From a virus (lineage: Duplodnaviria; Caudoviricetes), in IMG/VR virus record IMGVR_UViG_3300013137_000023, positions 1 through 56,925 of that record: a DNA stretch of 56,925 bases. One strand, 5' to 3'. The position numbers and the translations under genes were made by a program. Shown here one piece after another: positions 46,212 through 55,088 of this stretch. How positions within the stretch are numbered: position 1 is the stretch's first letter; each line of letters starts with the position of its first letter. Below the pieces are notes generated by a model. It did no database searches. It was given only the letters and a program-made list of their open reading frames with translations, and had not been told where the DNA came from.

Positions 46212-46877
46212 TCAGACACCGGAATAATCCTCAATAATATCAACCCCTTGCAGATCGCCCGGGGAAATGCCGGAATTATCTGTTCTGGGTTGGGATTTGA
46301 TGGGTGAACCATTACCCGAATCCCTATTATCTGGGGTATCTAATCCCACAACCTCAGCCCGGCGTCGACCCCTGATCGTATCAGCTAATGCTTTTTGTGC
46401 CATCGAGTCTTGTGCTATTACTGTAATTCGACCCGTTAAACCCACATTTGAGGTAGATTGGTTGGTTTCAAGCCTGTATTTATCGTACAAGATCCCTAAT
46501 GCAACTACCCTTTGATAGGGATTTAGACTTTTTATTTCATCCTCTGTTATCGAAAATATTAGTTTTTTGGCCAGATTATCAAAAACCCACGCCCTGTTAT
46601 CTGCGTACCCTTCGGTCTCAATAATATCATCCTCGGCATACTTTAACCGGTGGAAAACGTTGATAGACGAGCAGCCTGCGAGTTTAGCGATTTGGCGATA
46701 CGATAAGCCTTTGTTGCGATAGCCGACGAGGGTCTCCAGGGGGATATTTTTGTGGGAGTATAGCTCGGTATTGGTTAGGGTATTATCCATATTATCCACA
46801 ATCAATGCACAATTGTGGGGGAAAGTCAAGGGGAAGTTGATTTTTGACGTTTGATAATACTGTAATATATCAAACAC
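46212..46877 (-). CDS. Putative terminase small subunit (HTH); start probably MDNTLT
   Basis: GLSYRQIAKLAGCS HTH; GILYDKYRLETNQST; upstream of terL. Confidence 0.65.
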   Translation of the reverse strand: MFDILQYYQTSKINFPLTFPHNCALIVDNMDNTLTNTELYSHKNIPLETLVGYRNKGLSYRQIAKLAGCSSINVFHRLKYAEDDIIETEGYADNRAWVFDNLAKKLIFSITEDEIKSLNPYQRVVALGILYDKYRLETNQSTSNVGLTGRITVIAQDSMAQKALADTIRGRRRAEVVGLDTPDNRDSGNGSPIKSQPRTDNSGISPGDLQGVDIIEDYSGV

Positions 46878-46988
46878 ACTATTCCAGGATTTAGAAGGGT
46901 GTTACAGGATTTAGAATGATTAAATATAATAATATTAAGCGGTTGCCAATTTTTTGTATTTCACAAGGGTGCAATAAATTGTAAAATG

Positions 46989-47062
46989 TGTCAAGTGCCA
47001 AGATTTTTTACACATGGTAAAAAAAGCTGGCAGGTGATTGTAAAGAAAGCTGGCACTTGACA
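46989..47062. promoter_or_regulatory. Palindromic upstream activator-like element
   Basis: TGTCAAGTGCCA (46989-47000) / TGGCACTTGACA (47051-47062) plus repeated GTAAAnAAAGCTGGCA. Confidence 0.55.
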
Positions 47063-47146
47063 AGTACAAGACCAGACCAGAAACGCACCGTATTTACAAA
47101 TACCTAAGATAATTAAGAAAAAAAAATAATAAATAATTGGCTGTAT

Positions 47147-47162
47147 TGGCACGGGAAATGCT
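47147..47162 (+). promoter_or_regulatory. sigma54 (-24/-12) promoter
   Basis: TGGCACG-GGAA-ATGCT with GG-N10-GC spacing, ~50 nt before the first + strand gene. Confidence 0.65.
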
Positions 47163-47213
47163 TATTAATATGGTAAAAAAACACAACGGGCAGGCGCCCG
47201 GAAAGGAGGAAGT

Positions 47214-47537
47214 ATGAGTATTAGAAATTGTACCCCACACCCGGTTATGATCCGGGTTGGGGTGAAGGACATGACCCTGGAGCCCTTGGGGATTATCCCG
47301 AGGGTTGCGACAATCGAAACCCCCTCTGAAGAAATTGAGGGAATCCCCGCCGTCTCCCAGAAGATGGGTGATATTGAGGGACTCCCCAACCCTGAAGAGG
47401 GGGTCTTTTTTTTGGTCAGCGCCATGGTATTCGGGGCATCTGACCGACAGGATTTACTGGCCCCGGACACCGGGAAAACCTGCATCCGGGATGACCAAGG
47501 ACGGATTCAGGCGGTAACCCGTCTTATCAGGAAATAA
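47214..47537 (+). CDS. Conserved hypothetical phage protein
   Basis: NCTPH...GLPNPEEGVFFLVS...RDDQGRI; AAGGAGG SD. Confidence 0.8.
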   Translation: MSIRNCTPHPVMIRVGVKDMTLEPLGIIPRVATIETPSEEIEGIPAVSQKMGDIEGLPNPEEGVFFLVSAMVFGASDRQDLLAPDTGKTCIRDDQGRIQAVTRLIRK

Positions 47538-47594
47538 TTTCAAAGCAGACCTGAAGCTGACCTATCGGCGTGACGGGGAGAAAGAAGGAGAAAT

Positions 47595-47816
47595 ATGTGT
47601 TGGATAATTGACAAAAAAATGAACTTCCCTGGAATTACCGGGGAGGTTACGATTAATATCCACCGTGGGGGGACATATAACCTGTGGTGGAATGAGGGCA
47701 CAACTGTTTTTTCCGGGTATATTAACCCGGATGGAGTGTTAGAGAAATCTTGGGAGGGTGAATTAGACTCACCTTCCCAAGAAATCTTTACACAGGACTA
47801 TCCCAGGCTCATGTAG
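47595..47816 (+). CDS. Hypothetical protein
   Basis: AAGGAG SD. Confidence 0.65.
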   Translation: MCWIIDKKMNFPGITGEVTINIHRGGTYNLWWNEGTTVFSGYINPDGVLEKSWEGELDSPSQEIFTQDYPRLM

Positions 47817-47837
47817 CAGCCGGGAAAAGGAGGAAAA

Positions 47838-48182
47838 ATGAGTCAAGAAGGGATCGCAAGAAAAATTTCCGACTTCCTGGAAGCCGACCCGGAAGGGTAT
47901 CGGCTGTTTACCCATGCTGGGGCAGGATATTGTTATCTGTTCCGGCATGAGGACGTAGGATCGGGGGCAGCTTTTGAAGTGTCCCCCTTGGAAGCCCTCG
48001 ATGAGGGCTGGTTGACGGTCAATGAAGAGGGGACTGGCGTCCGCCTTCCTGGCGGGGACATGGTCCCCCTTCAGATCGATTGGGTTAAAGTTAGAAGGAG
48101 AGTGGAAGACACCCTCCGAAAATTAGAGGACCGCAAAAAATTATACAAGGTGGCTCGTGAGCTAAATGTAAAACTCACATAG
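47838..48182 (+). CDS. Hypothetical protein
   Basis: AAGGAGG SD; VRRRVEDTLRK C-terminus. Confidence 0.75.
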   Translation: MSQEGIARKISDFLEADPEGYRLFTHAGAGYCYLFRHEDVGSGAAFEVSPLEALDEGWLTVNEEGTGVRLPGGDMVPLQIDWVKVRRRVEDTLRKLEDRKKLYKVARELNVKLT

Positions 48183-48220
48183 GCCACCGAACGGCCCCGG
48201 AGAAATCCGGGGCAAATCAA

Positions 48221-48262
48221 AGGCCGATTATCCCATAAAGGGGTAGTCGGCTTTTTTGTTTT
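48221..48262 (+). terminator. Intrinsic terminator
   Basis: GGCCGATTATCCC-ATAAA-GGGGTAGTCGGC followed by T-run. Confidence 0.7.
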
Positions 48263-48299
48263 AATTGGCCAACGGGCATGAGCCCGGAAAGGAGGGAGC

Positions 48300-48875
48300 A
48301 TGAAAACGGAATCTATGCAAGAAAATCTTGAAAAACTTTTTTTTGCCGGGAAAATCAAGGCGGGGATTGTCTATGATCTTATGCCAAGCGATTGTAGGGG
48401 TGATGGATATGATATTGCTCTCATATCCAGGTATGATGAGAGCGGAGAATATGAGATTGCCGGACACACGCTGGCCGTAAAATGCGAGGTTAAAGTCGGG
48501 TCACCAAAGTGGAGTGAAGGCACCCCGGCCCTATACTCTCTAATTATGGATAGGGTAGTTAATCTCCCTAAAAAAATAGACAACCCAAGGACCAAAACCG
48601 ACAAGAGGGTTAATTGGCTCATTGATAACTATGATGCAATTTATAGCCTGCCCAGGGCAAACCATAGCAGATGCCGGGGCAATTGTAATAATGGCGCAAC
48701 GTGTCGAGACCAGTCTATAGGAGGTTGGGGGTATTGGGTATGGGCGCTTAGGAGAGCCAACATTGACCACCAATCCAAAAATTATTGGTCCGGGTCTAAC
48801 CCAACCCCGAGTACAAGTATTAGGCGGGTAATTGCGAAGTATATCCTTGACAATTGTCCTGCGGAGCTACGTTAA
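48300..48875 (+). CDS. Hypothetical protein
   Basis: AAGGAGG SD. Confidence 0.75.
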   Translation: MKTESMQENLEKLFFAGKIKAGIVYDLMPSDCRGDGYDIALISRYDESGEYEIAGHTLAVKCEVKVGSPKWSEGTPALYSLIMDRVVNLPKKIDNPRTKTDKRVNWLIDNYDAIYSLPRANHSRCRGNCNNGATCRDQSIGGWGYWVWALRRANIDHQSKNYWSGSNPTPSTSIRRVIAKYILDNCPAELR

Positions 48876-48929
48876 ACCAAATCCCCAGGCAGGAGGGATT
48901 AAATAAACCAGAAAGAAAGGAGAAAAGCT

Positions 48930-49175
48930 ATGACTAAGGAAAATTGGATTAAACATATTGAAGAGTCCGAACATTGTAATATCAAAGAAATTACAAAAAA
49001 TGAATGGCTTGGATATTTGCTTGTACATCGGGAAGAAAGGCCCGAATGCCCGGAATGTAAAGCCCGAAAAAAAAGCAGGGAAGCAAATCTCAGGGCAAAA
49101 AATCACCGGGCTGCTTACCGTGATCTGGGAATGAAACGGGTAAGGGGAAGCTTGGGCGGAGTATACTACGAATAA
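48930..49175 (+). CDS. Hypothetical phage protein
   Basis: AAGGAG SD; LGMKRVRGSLGGVYYE C-terminus. Confidence 0.75.
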   Translation: MTKENWIKHIEESEHCNIKEITKNEWLGYLLVHREERPECPECKARKKSREANLRAKNHRAAYRDLGMKRVRGSLGGVYYE

Positions 49176-49219
49176 CCAACAAATCCTGCTGACCTATCGG
49201 AAAGAAAGGAAAACAGAAA

Positions 49220-49546
49220 ATGAAAGAATTTATTGAGCGTGATTGTGTTTTTGAAGTTGATGGAAAGAAGTTTGAAAGCAGAGGGGCTTATTTTATAACC
49301 GGGAAAAACGGTAAGTCTCTTGCCTTGTTGTTCGGGGATTGGAATGCACCGGATTATTGTCATAATGGATTCGCTGGAAATTGGCACAGCGACATAAGGT
49401 TCCCGGTACGCTATGGAAAAGTTTTTATTGGTAATATGGGAGATAAAAGGCGATGGGTTTCTTTAACCATAGACGGGAAAAACTTTAGGGGACTGTGGGC
49501 AGGCATTGGTTATAATCAGACGATAAATTTCAAACAAACCAAATAG
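49220..49546 (+). CDS. Hypothetical protein
   Basis: AAGGA SD. Confidence 0.7.
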   Translation: MKEFIERDCVFEVDGKKFESRGAYFITGKNGKSLALLFGDWNAPDYCHNGFAGNWHSDIRFPVRYGKVFIGNMGDKRRWVSLTIDGKNFRGLWAGIGYNQTINFKQTK

Positions 49547-49559
49547 AAAGGAGAAGACT

Positions 49560-50060
49560 ATGATTCAATTCAAATTCGGAAGTTTAAAAAGAGAGGGAAC
49601 AGGATACCTTTTTGATTCAAGTTACTATTCCATAAGGGGCTCGGAGGTATTTTATCATGATCCCCCAAAGTATGTGGATTCCCATTTCTATGAATATCTA
49701 ACCTACACAGATGGACTTACCCAACACTCTCCAGAACACCCAGTAGTAAGAGAAAACTTTGAGGATTTACTAAATAGTCTGGCTCTTCACCTTCATAAAA
49801 ATCCAGAAGATTTAAAGACCTTTTGTGACAGTATAGTATGGCCCCTCCCCCTCGACCCAAAAGAGGTAAACTTCCTGGCCGCCCTGAAGTATATAGAAGA
49901 AAAACCCACTTACTATAACCGATCGGAACTGAAGATTTCCAGATCACCTTCAAAGCAATTCGATAAACGATGGGAATTGATAGAGCCTTGGGTAAATGGA
50001 AATACTCCAGATATCGTTCGGTTGCTGTACAGAAGTTTTATGGGTTTCTCCAAAGATTAG
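49560..50060 (+). CDS. Hypothetical protein
   Basis: AAGGAG SD. Confidence 0.7.
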   Translation: MIQFKFGSLKREGTGYLFDSSYYSIRGSEVFYHDPPKYVDSHFYEYLTYTDGLTQHSPEHPVVRENFEDLLNSLALHLHKNPEDLKTFCDSIVWPLPLDPKEVNFLAALKYIEEKPTYYNRSELKISRSPSKQFDKRWELIEPWVNGNTPDIVRLLYRSFMGFSKD

Positions 50061-50290
50061 CAATATGTATTCAGGTTAAAAATATTTTAGGTTGGGGCTG
50101 GATTGACTATGAAAAAGAGTTTGGATTTAAAATTAACTACCAAAATCTGCAAGGATACCATGCTATTGAGGAAATGAATTTGGCTTATGAACATAAAAGG
50201 TGTTCAAAAATTTATATTGAAAGCATTTTAAGGAAAGGAGAATAACTATAACAAGTTTTAATGCCTAAAATAGAAAGGAGAAAAACGACC

Positions 50291-50725
50291 ATGAAGGAGG
50301 AAATATGGAATAAAAGAGGAACAAGGATTATAAATTTTGAATCTGCTCACAAAACGTTTAATAAATATATTGTCTCCGTTTTTAGGGGGCAATGTATTGG
50401 AGGGGGTCAATTTTCCCTTTGCATCCGGCCATATTCGGAAAAAGAATGTAACGGCCATAAATTCCCAGAAGGCCACTTAAGGCGTTTTGATCTTAAAAAC
50501 TTTAGCCACTACCTGAATAACCGGCTTATAAATTTCCTTGACGAAAATAAAGAAGTTAGGGTTGTTTTATATGAATTTTACCATTATTCAAAAGGCAAAA
50601 GGGTTTTGCATGGACACATCGTCCAAAATGCAAATGACCTTTCTGATATTAAAATTTTTCCGTATCCGTTCACGACCTACAAAAGTGAATCGGTTTTAAG
50701 GGAAGCGGCCAATTTCTTAAACTAA
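50291..50725 (+). CDS. Hypothetical protein (MKEEIW...)
   Basis: AAGGAG SD; ORF can extend to 50261. Confidence 0.7.
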   Translation: MKEEIWNKRGTRIINFESAHKTFNKYIVSVFRGQCIGGGQFSLCIRPYSEKECNGHKFPEGHLRRFDLKNFSHYLNNRLINFLDENKEVRVVLYEFYHYSKGKRVLHGHIVQNANDLSDIKIFPYPFTTYKSESVLREAANFLN

Positions 50726-50921
50726 TAGAAAGGAGAAAAAAAACCATGCCAAAAACGAAGCATGTTTTCACCCTCTATTTAGAGGGTGAGGGACAGGACA
50801 AAGGGGAAGCCTGGGCCTTGGCTTGGCAACAAGCCACGAAAATTTACTCTAAGGATGAATGCCCCCGGAATATCAACTATATCCTTATCCCTGGGGATGA
50901 GGAAGAAGGGAGTAAATAAAT

Positions 50922-51116
50922 ATGGAATATACAGATAGAGAAAAAGAGGAAATAGGAATAAGGCTTGCGAATCTATTTCACATTCCACAAAGCAAAAGAG
51001 AAAAAGGACGTTACTTGACATCATGGGGAACCAAAACCCCAATAGGTGTTTTTGAGGTAATGATTAGAATTTCGCAAGAAATTGAAACCGGAAACATTAT
51101 AAAATTGTTGGGATAG
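50922..51116 (+). CDS. Hypothetical phage protein
   Basis: GGGAG SD; YLTSWGTKTPIG. Confidence 0.7.
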   Translation: MEYTDREKEEIGIRLANLFHIPQSKREKGRYLTSWGTKTPIGVFEVMIRISQEIETGNIIKLLG

Positions 51117-51133
51117 AAAGGAGTAAATCAACT

Positions 51134-51433
51134 ATGAAAATAAAATTCGTTTGTCATGCCGTTAAGTGGTTTGATAAGGTTAATGGAAACACCTATCATT
51201 CCGTAAGAATTACAAATACCAAAACCGGAGAAACTATTGCCAATGGTTTTCAGTATGGATACGGCGATCACTATCGGCAAACGGCCTTAATGAGAATGCT
51301 TAAAGCCGATTGGATTCCGGGATATAATGAAAAAACTATTTACTCGTATGAGCGGGAGAACAATTATCCCATTCAATGGATTGTTTCGCATGGCTTAAAA
51401 CGTGATTGTATCGCAAACGGAAAGGAAAATTAA
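51134..51433 (+). CDS. Conserved hypothetical phage protein
   Basis: AAGGAG SD; WFDKVNGNTYHS...FQYGYGDHY. Confidence 0.75.
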   Translation: MKIKFVCHAVKWFDKVNGNTYHSVRITNTKTGETIANGFQYGYGDHYRQTALMRMLKADWIPGYNEKTIYSYERENNYPIQWIVSHGLKRDCIANGKEN

Positions 51434-51551
51434 TATGTATAAATCACTAATAATTCAGCTTATCGGCTGGGGTTTTATAATCTGTTTGCAGTTAATGTTT
51501 TTGGTCGAATTAGGGAGGTAGTGGGCGACTAAAAACCTAAATTAACCAACC

Positions 51552-51583
51552 AAAAGGCCCCGGTCCTCCGGGGCTTTTTTATT
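51552..51583. terminator. Terminator between convergent units
   Basis: AAAGGCCCCGG-TCCT-CCGGGGC followed by T-run. Confidence 0.75.
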
Positions 51584-51596
51584 CCCCTTATTCCAC

Positions 51597-51884
51597 CTAT
51601 ACCTCTTCCCCGGTATAATCCGGGCATTCCGTTATACCCAGACCTCGGATGTTTTGGTTGACTTGACCATTTTGCCGGTAAAGATAGGGCTGTTTTGGGA
51701 ACCTTCCGGCCTTGCACCAGACAAGCCTGATAGTCTGGACCTGACCATCTTTAAAGGCACTTCGGATATAACCGTTTGTTTCGGCAAAGGTTTCCTGCCA
51801 CTTCTCTTCTTTTAACTCTTCCACGGTGAACCGTTTACACCGCAGATTAAAGCATCGAAAACATAATGGCCTTTCTTTCTTCAT
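51597..51884 (-). CDS. Cys-containing hypothetical protein
   Basis: CFRC...WC...CPDY. Confidence 0.55.
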   Translation of the reverse strand: MKKERPLCFRCFNLRCKRFTVEELKEEKWQETFAETNGYIRSAFKDGQVQTIRLVWCKAGRFPKQPYLYRQNGQVNQNIRGLGITECPDYTGEEV

Positions 51885-52000
51885 ATCCCTTGCCCTCCAT
51901 GGGTGGCTTGAGGTTTGTTTAAAATAGCTCTCTGTGGCCTTTTAAATCAACGATCTTGTTTTACAGGTATGTTTGTACCTTTTTTTTATTTGAAACCGTT

Positions 52001-52348
52001 TCAGGATTTCTTGTTCATTCCCTGTTTGCGGAGAGCATTAGAATTATCCCTTGCCTTGCTCAGTTTTTCCTTGTGATCTTCCGACAGCACTCTGCTTACC
52101 CTTTTTCGGCTGGAATAAGGGTTGAAGGGGTAAAGAGGACAAAACGGGTTAGAACAATCCGTTTTCCCCTCCATGCCATAACCGACACACTCGTAACAGT
52201 GGGCGGCTATGGCTTCCCTTTGTGTCAAATCCTCTCCCTGGCAATATTTTAGTAACTCATTCATTCCCCTGCGGGCTAACCCATCTCTCTGAATATCCGC
52301 CTGAATATCCTGAAACCGTTTCAATAATCCTTCTTCAGTCCATGTCAT
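52001..52348 (-). CDS. Cys-rich hypothetical phage protein
   Basis: AIAAHCYECVG...DCSNPFCPLYPF. Confidence 0.7.
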   Translation of the reverse strand: MTWTEEGLLKRFQDIQADIQRDGLARRGMNELLKYCQGEDLTQREAIAAHCYECVGYGMEGKTDCSNPFCPLYPFNPYSSRKRVSRVLSEDHKEKLSKARDNSNALRKQGMNKKS

Positions 52349-52544
52349 ATCCGTTGCTCTCTATAATATTTATTTTATAAAGTTTTCTAATGGTTTTACA
52401 CACTTGGCAGTTACACTTTTCTTGTTTCCCGAATCCCGAAAGAAAGTTTTTGGCGGTGGCGTGTTCCCGGATTACCTCAAGGCAAACAAAGCGCATCTTC
52501 TCTTCCCGACAATCACAGGCGTTATGATGTGTTGTGCATTTCAT
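52335..52544 (-). CDS. Hypothetical phage protein
   Basis: CTTHHNACDCRE. Confidence 0.65.
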   Translation of the reverse strand: MKCTTHHNACDCREEKMRFVCLEVIREHATAKNFLSGFGKQEKCNCQVCKTIRKLYKINIIESNGYDMD

Positions 52545-52556
52545 TGTTTTTCCTTC

Positions 52557-52877
52557 CTAAAATGGAATGTCGGATTCGGTCTCTTCTTGAACCGGTGTCG
52601 AATTGGAACCGTTGCCCTGGCCAGTTAGCTCATTCAACATGGCTTCCAGAACCTTGACCGCCGTTTCCCGTTCCCCCAAGTAAACCTTAGCCGGGGTGTC
52701 CTTGTCGTTCTGAACCTTCTGTTTGGTCGCCTTGTCCCACCTGTAAGCCCTAACCCAATCCAGACCGATCTTCCCGTCCTGACCCTCGTATCCAGAAACA
52801 ATTGAATAGGTTTCCTTATACTGATCCAACTTAACCCCTGCCTTAACACCCGTTTTATGAAACTTAAAATCTTGCAT
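52557..52877 (-). CDS. Putative single-stranded DNA-binding protein
   Basis: Acidic C-terminal EETESDIPF tail; next to primase-helicase. Confidence 0.6.
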   Translation of the reverse strand: MQDFKFHKTGVKAGVKLDQYKETYSIVSGYEGQDGKIGLDWVRAYRWDKATKQKVQNDKDTPAKVYLGERETAVKVLEAMLNELTGQGNGSNSTPVQEETESDIPF

Positions 52878-52879
52878 GA

Positions 52880-54490
52880 TTAGCCCTCCTCTCCTGGCTG
52901 TCTAATTAGTGTTTTTTTCTTTTCTCCGTCATAATACCATGTTGTTGTTGGTAAAAACTTAGAACCATTAACTATTTTAAATTCCTTTATCTTACCGTTT
53001 GGATTTTCCCAACCCTTAACCCACGCCTTGCACTTCACTATTTTAATCCTTCCATAATCCATTGCCAGTGCAAGCCTTGGTTTTTCAAGCGTAAATTCAC
53101 CACCACGTCCAACATCACTGTCTGTTTTTTTCTGGATACCTATTAAACATATAGAATTTTTTAACTTTGAATGAATTGCAGATATATACTTACCGACTTC
53201 ATAAAAGTTTTCCAATACCTCAAGATAATCAATTATAAATATTGGATACTTTTCTGGGTCAATAAGGTCTTGATAGTTTTCATTTAATTCAACTGCGTCA
53301 AATTTCCAATCATTAATTTTCATATCTTCAAACAATTCAAGACGGGCATTCAATTCATCCTCGCCCATCTCTGAATTAATATAAAGAATTTTATTTTTTT
53401 CTTGGTTTTGTCTAATAAAATCAAGCATGAAGGTTGTTTTCCCGGAGTTCTTTGCACCGGCAAGCAAGATGATGTTTCCGGGGTACAGCCTAACAAAATG
53501 GTCAAGGTCTAATGGGAAATTAACATGAACCGTTTTGCCTGTAGCCTGTCTATAATTCATTAATTCAAAATCTTTCTTGATTCTACGGTAAGTTCCGTGT
53601 CTTGTTGGGTGCTTTTCAAGATATCCTTCCTTTACAAGCCTGTGCATGGCTTGATAGAGGGCGTTTCGGTGTGGTGTAAGTTTTGTAAGGGTTTGTAAGA
53701 TGTCTGTAAGGGAAATGTAAGACTCTGTAAGACTCAAAAACTCCTTAACCTCGGCAATTATATTAACCTCCCTTCTTTCGTCCCGGTTAAGTGCGCTATT
53801 TATTTTGTCGGAAATCCACTTATCATCATTTTCCCCCCACGAATTTATCAATCTTTTCAATACTTCACATATATATTCTTTTTCACAACCACCCTTAACT
53901 AAACAATTTGAAATATGGAAAAGGTCAATATCTCTCCTTCCATTAGAAAATAAGGGCTGTAAGTTTTGTAAGTTTTGTAAGAACTCCCCTTTATTATATA
54001 TAGTATTAGTATTTAAAATCCATATGGGTATAGTATTTAATACTATGTCTTTTATAATCTTATATTGTGATCCGTTAGGATGAATGCTTGGGGGAGCAAC
54101 CACATAGCCTCCATCTGAACGAATGTCAATTCCGGGAAGGTCATTTCTTGCTTGCCAGTTCCTTAGTCCGGGTTCATACTTGTAATAGCAATGCCAACCG
54201 GCTTGCTTCCCGGTCTTTATTAGTCTTGTTTCTGGCAACCCTTTACTCTTGGCAAGTTTTAGGGCTTCCGGGCCGTCTATGTCAAGCACCGACAAACCAG
54301 ATATTTGCCCGGTAACAATTCCGATATTGTTCTCCCCATGCTCAAACCATTTTTTGGCTTCGTCTTCTGTGGCCCTGTTGGTCTGGTATCCCTGCCATTT
54401 AATCACCGGCACTTTATCCTTTGGTTTTAATGGAATTACAGAATACCCCATATCTAAATATACTAACGCCGCATCAAGCATTGTTTTCAT
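52880..54490 (-). CDS. Bifunctional primase-polymerase (Prim-Pol) fused to a RecA-like helicase/ATPase
   Basis: NIGIVTG, VLDID, GWHCYY, DIRSDGGYVVAPPSIH; GAKNSGKT Walker A; IIDY Walker B. Confidence 0.9.
   Translation of the reverse strand: MKTMLDAALVYLDMGYSVIPLKPKDKVPVIKWQGYQTNRATEDEAKKWFEHGENNIGIVTGQISGLSVLDIDGPEALKLAKSKGLPETRLIKTGKQAGWHCYYKYEPGLRNWQARNDLPGIDIRSDGGYVVAPPSIHPNGSQYKIIKDIVLNTIPIWILNTNTIYNKGEFLQNLQNLQPLFSNGRRDIDLFHISNCLVKGGCEKEYICEVLKRLINSWGENDDKWISDKINSALNRDERREVNIIAEVKEFLSLTESYISLTDILQTLTKLTPHRNALYQAMHRLVKEGYLEKHPTRHGTYRRIKKDFELMNYRQATGKTVHVNFPLDLDHFVRLYPGNIILLAGAKNSGKTTFMLDFIRQNQEKNKILYINSEMGEDELNARLELFEDMKINDWKFDAVELNENYQDLIDPEKYPIFIIDYLEVLENFYEVGKYISAIHSKLKNSICLIGIQKKTDSDVGRGGEFTLEKPRLALAMDYGRIKIVKCKAWVKGWENPNGKIKEFKIVNGSKFLPTTTWYYDGEKKKTLIRQPGEEG
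53675..53981. repeat. TGTAAG iteron-like repeats inside the replication gene (candidate origin)
   Basis: 6 copies in 53675-53731 and 3 in 53958-53981, next to an AT-rich tract. Confidence 0.6.
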
Positions 54491-54628
54491 ACCTATATTC
54501 CCAATAATTCTAATATTTTAAGTATTTCAATTTCATACTGTTTTGGGTCAAGATTTGCTTTTTTTAGTTTTACTTTCTCTTCTTCATATTTTTCAAACCC
54601 CCAATTCATATTTAATCTGTGTATATAC

Positions 54629-54892
54629 TTATGACTGTTTATATAACTCTACTACTTGTTTTTTGTGGCCATCTTCAAAGATGCTTGGTTTAATTTCGAT
54701 GCCGATTGGTATTCTTGGAAAATTGTTTAATATTAGATTTTCTTTGGGGAAAACAATAAAATCTATTCTCTTTCCCTTCTTGGTTATGGCGTGAATCCCT
54801 TCCACCTCTTTTCTTATAATAAAATATTCACCAAGAATATTAATTACTTTTCTTGAAATGTTTTTTTCTGGCTCCATTGGTATTATAGACAT
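54629..54892 (-). pseudogene. Apparently truncated PD-(D/E)XK-like ORF
   Basis: RIDFIV...GIEIK, stop after LYKQS; frame continues 20 codons. Confidence 0.4.
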
Positions 54893-55050
54893 AAAAAAAC
54901 CTCCTGGTTTTTTGAGTTGCTTAGTTCAAGAAGATCAGGAATTACCGGATCGGCTTAAACCTCAAAAACCAGGAGGCCCTATGGAATAGGCTATGTTTGT
55001 GAACAAAAAAAACCGAACCATGTAATATCCTTGTCTTTCTCGAACTAAGC
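54893..55050 (-). promoter_or_regulatory. Attenuator-like leader upstream of the replication genes
   Basis: 16-bp stem hides AGGAGG and precedes a U7 run; its loop pairs with the leader 5' end (14 bp). Confidence 0.6.
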
Positions 55051-55056
55051 ATTTCC

Positions 55057-55085
55057 ACTATACCAAACCCAACCAGTCAAGTCAA
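55057..55085 (-). promoter_or_regulatory. sigma70 promoter with extended -10
   Basis: TTGACT-17 nt-TATAGT with TGn. Confidence 0.7.
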
Positions 55086-55088
55086 TAG

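Noticed and set aside
47165-51042. - strand ORFs across the + strand island, and + strand shadow ORFs elsewhere
   Set aside because: They overlap better-supported genes that have strong SD sites on the other strand.
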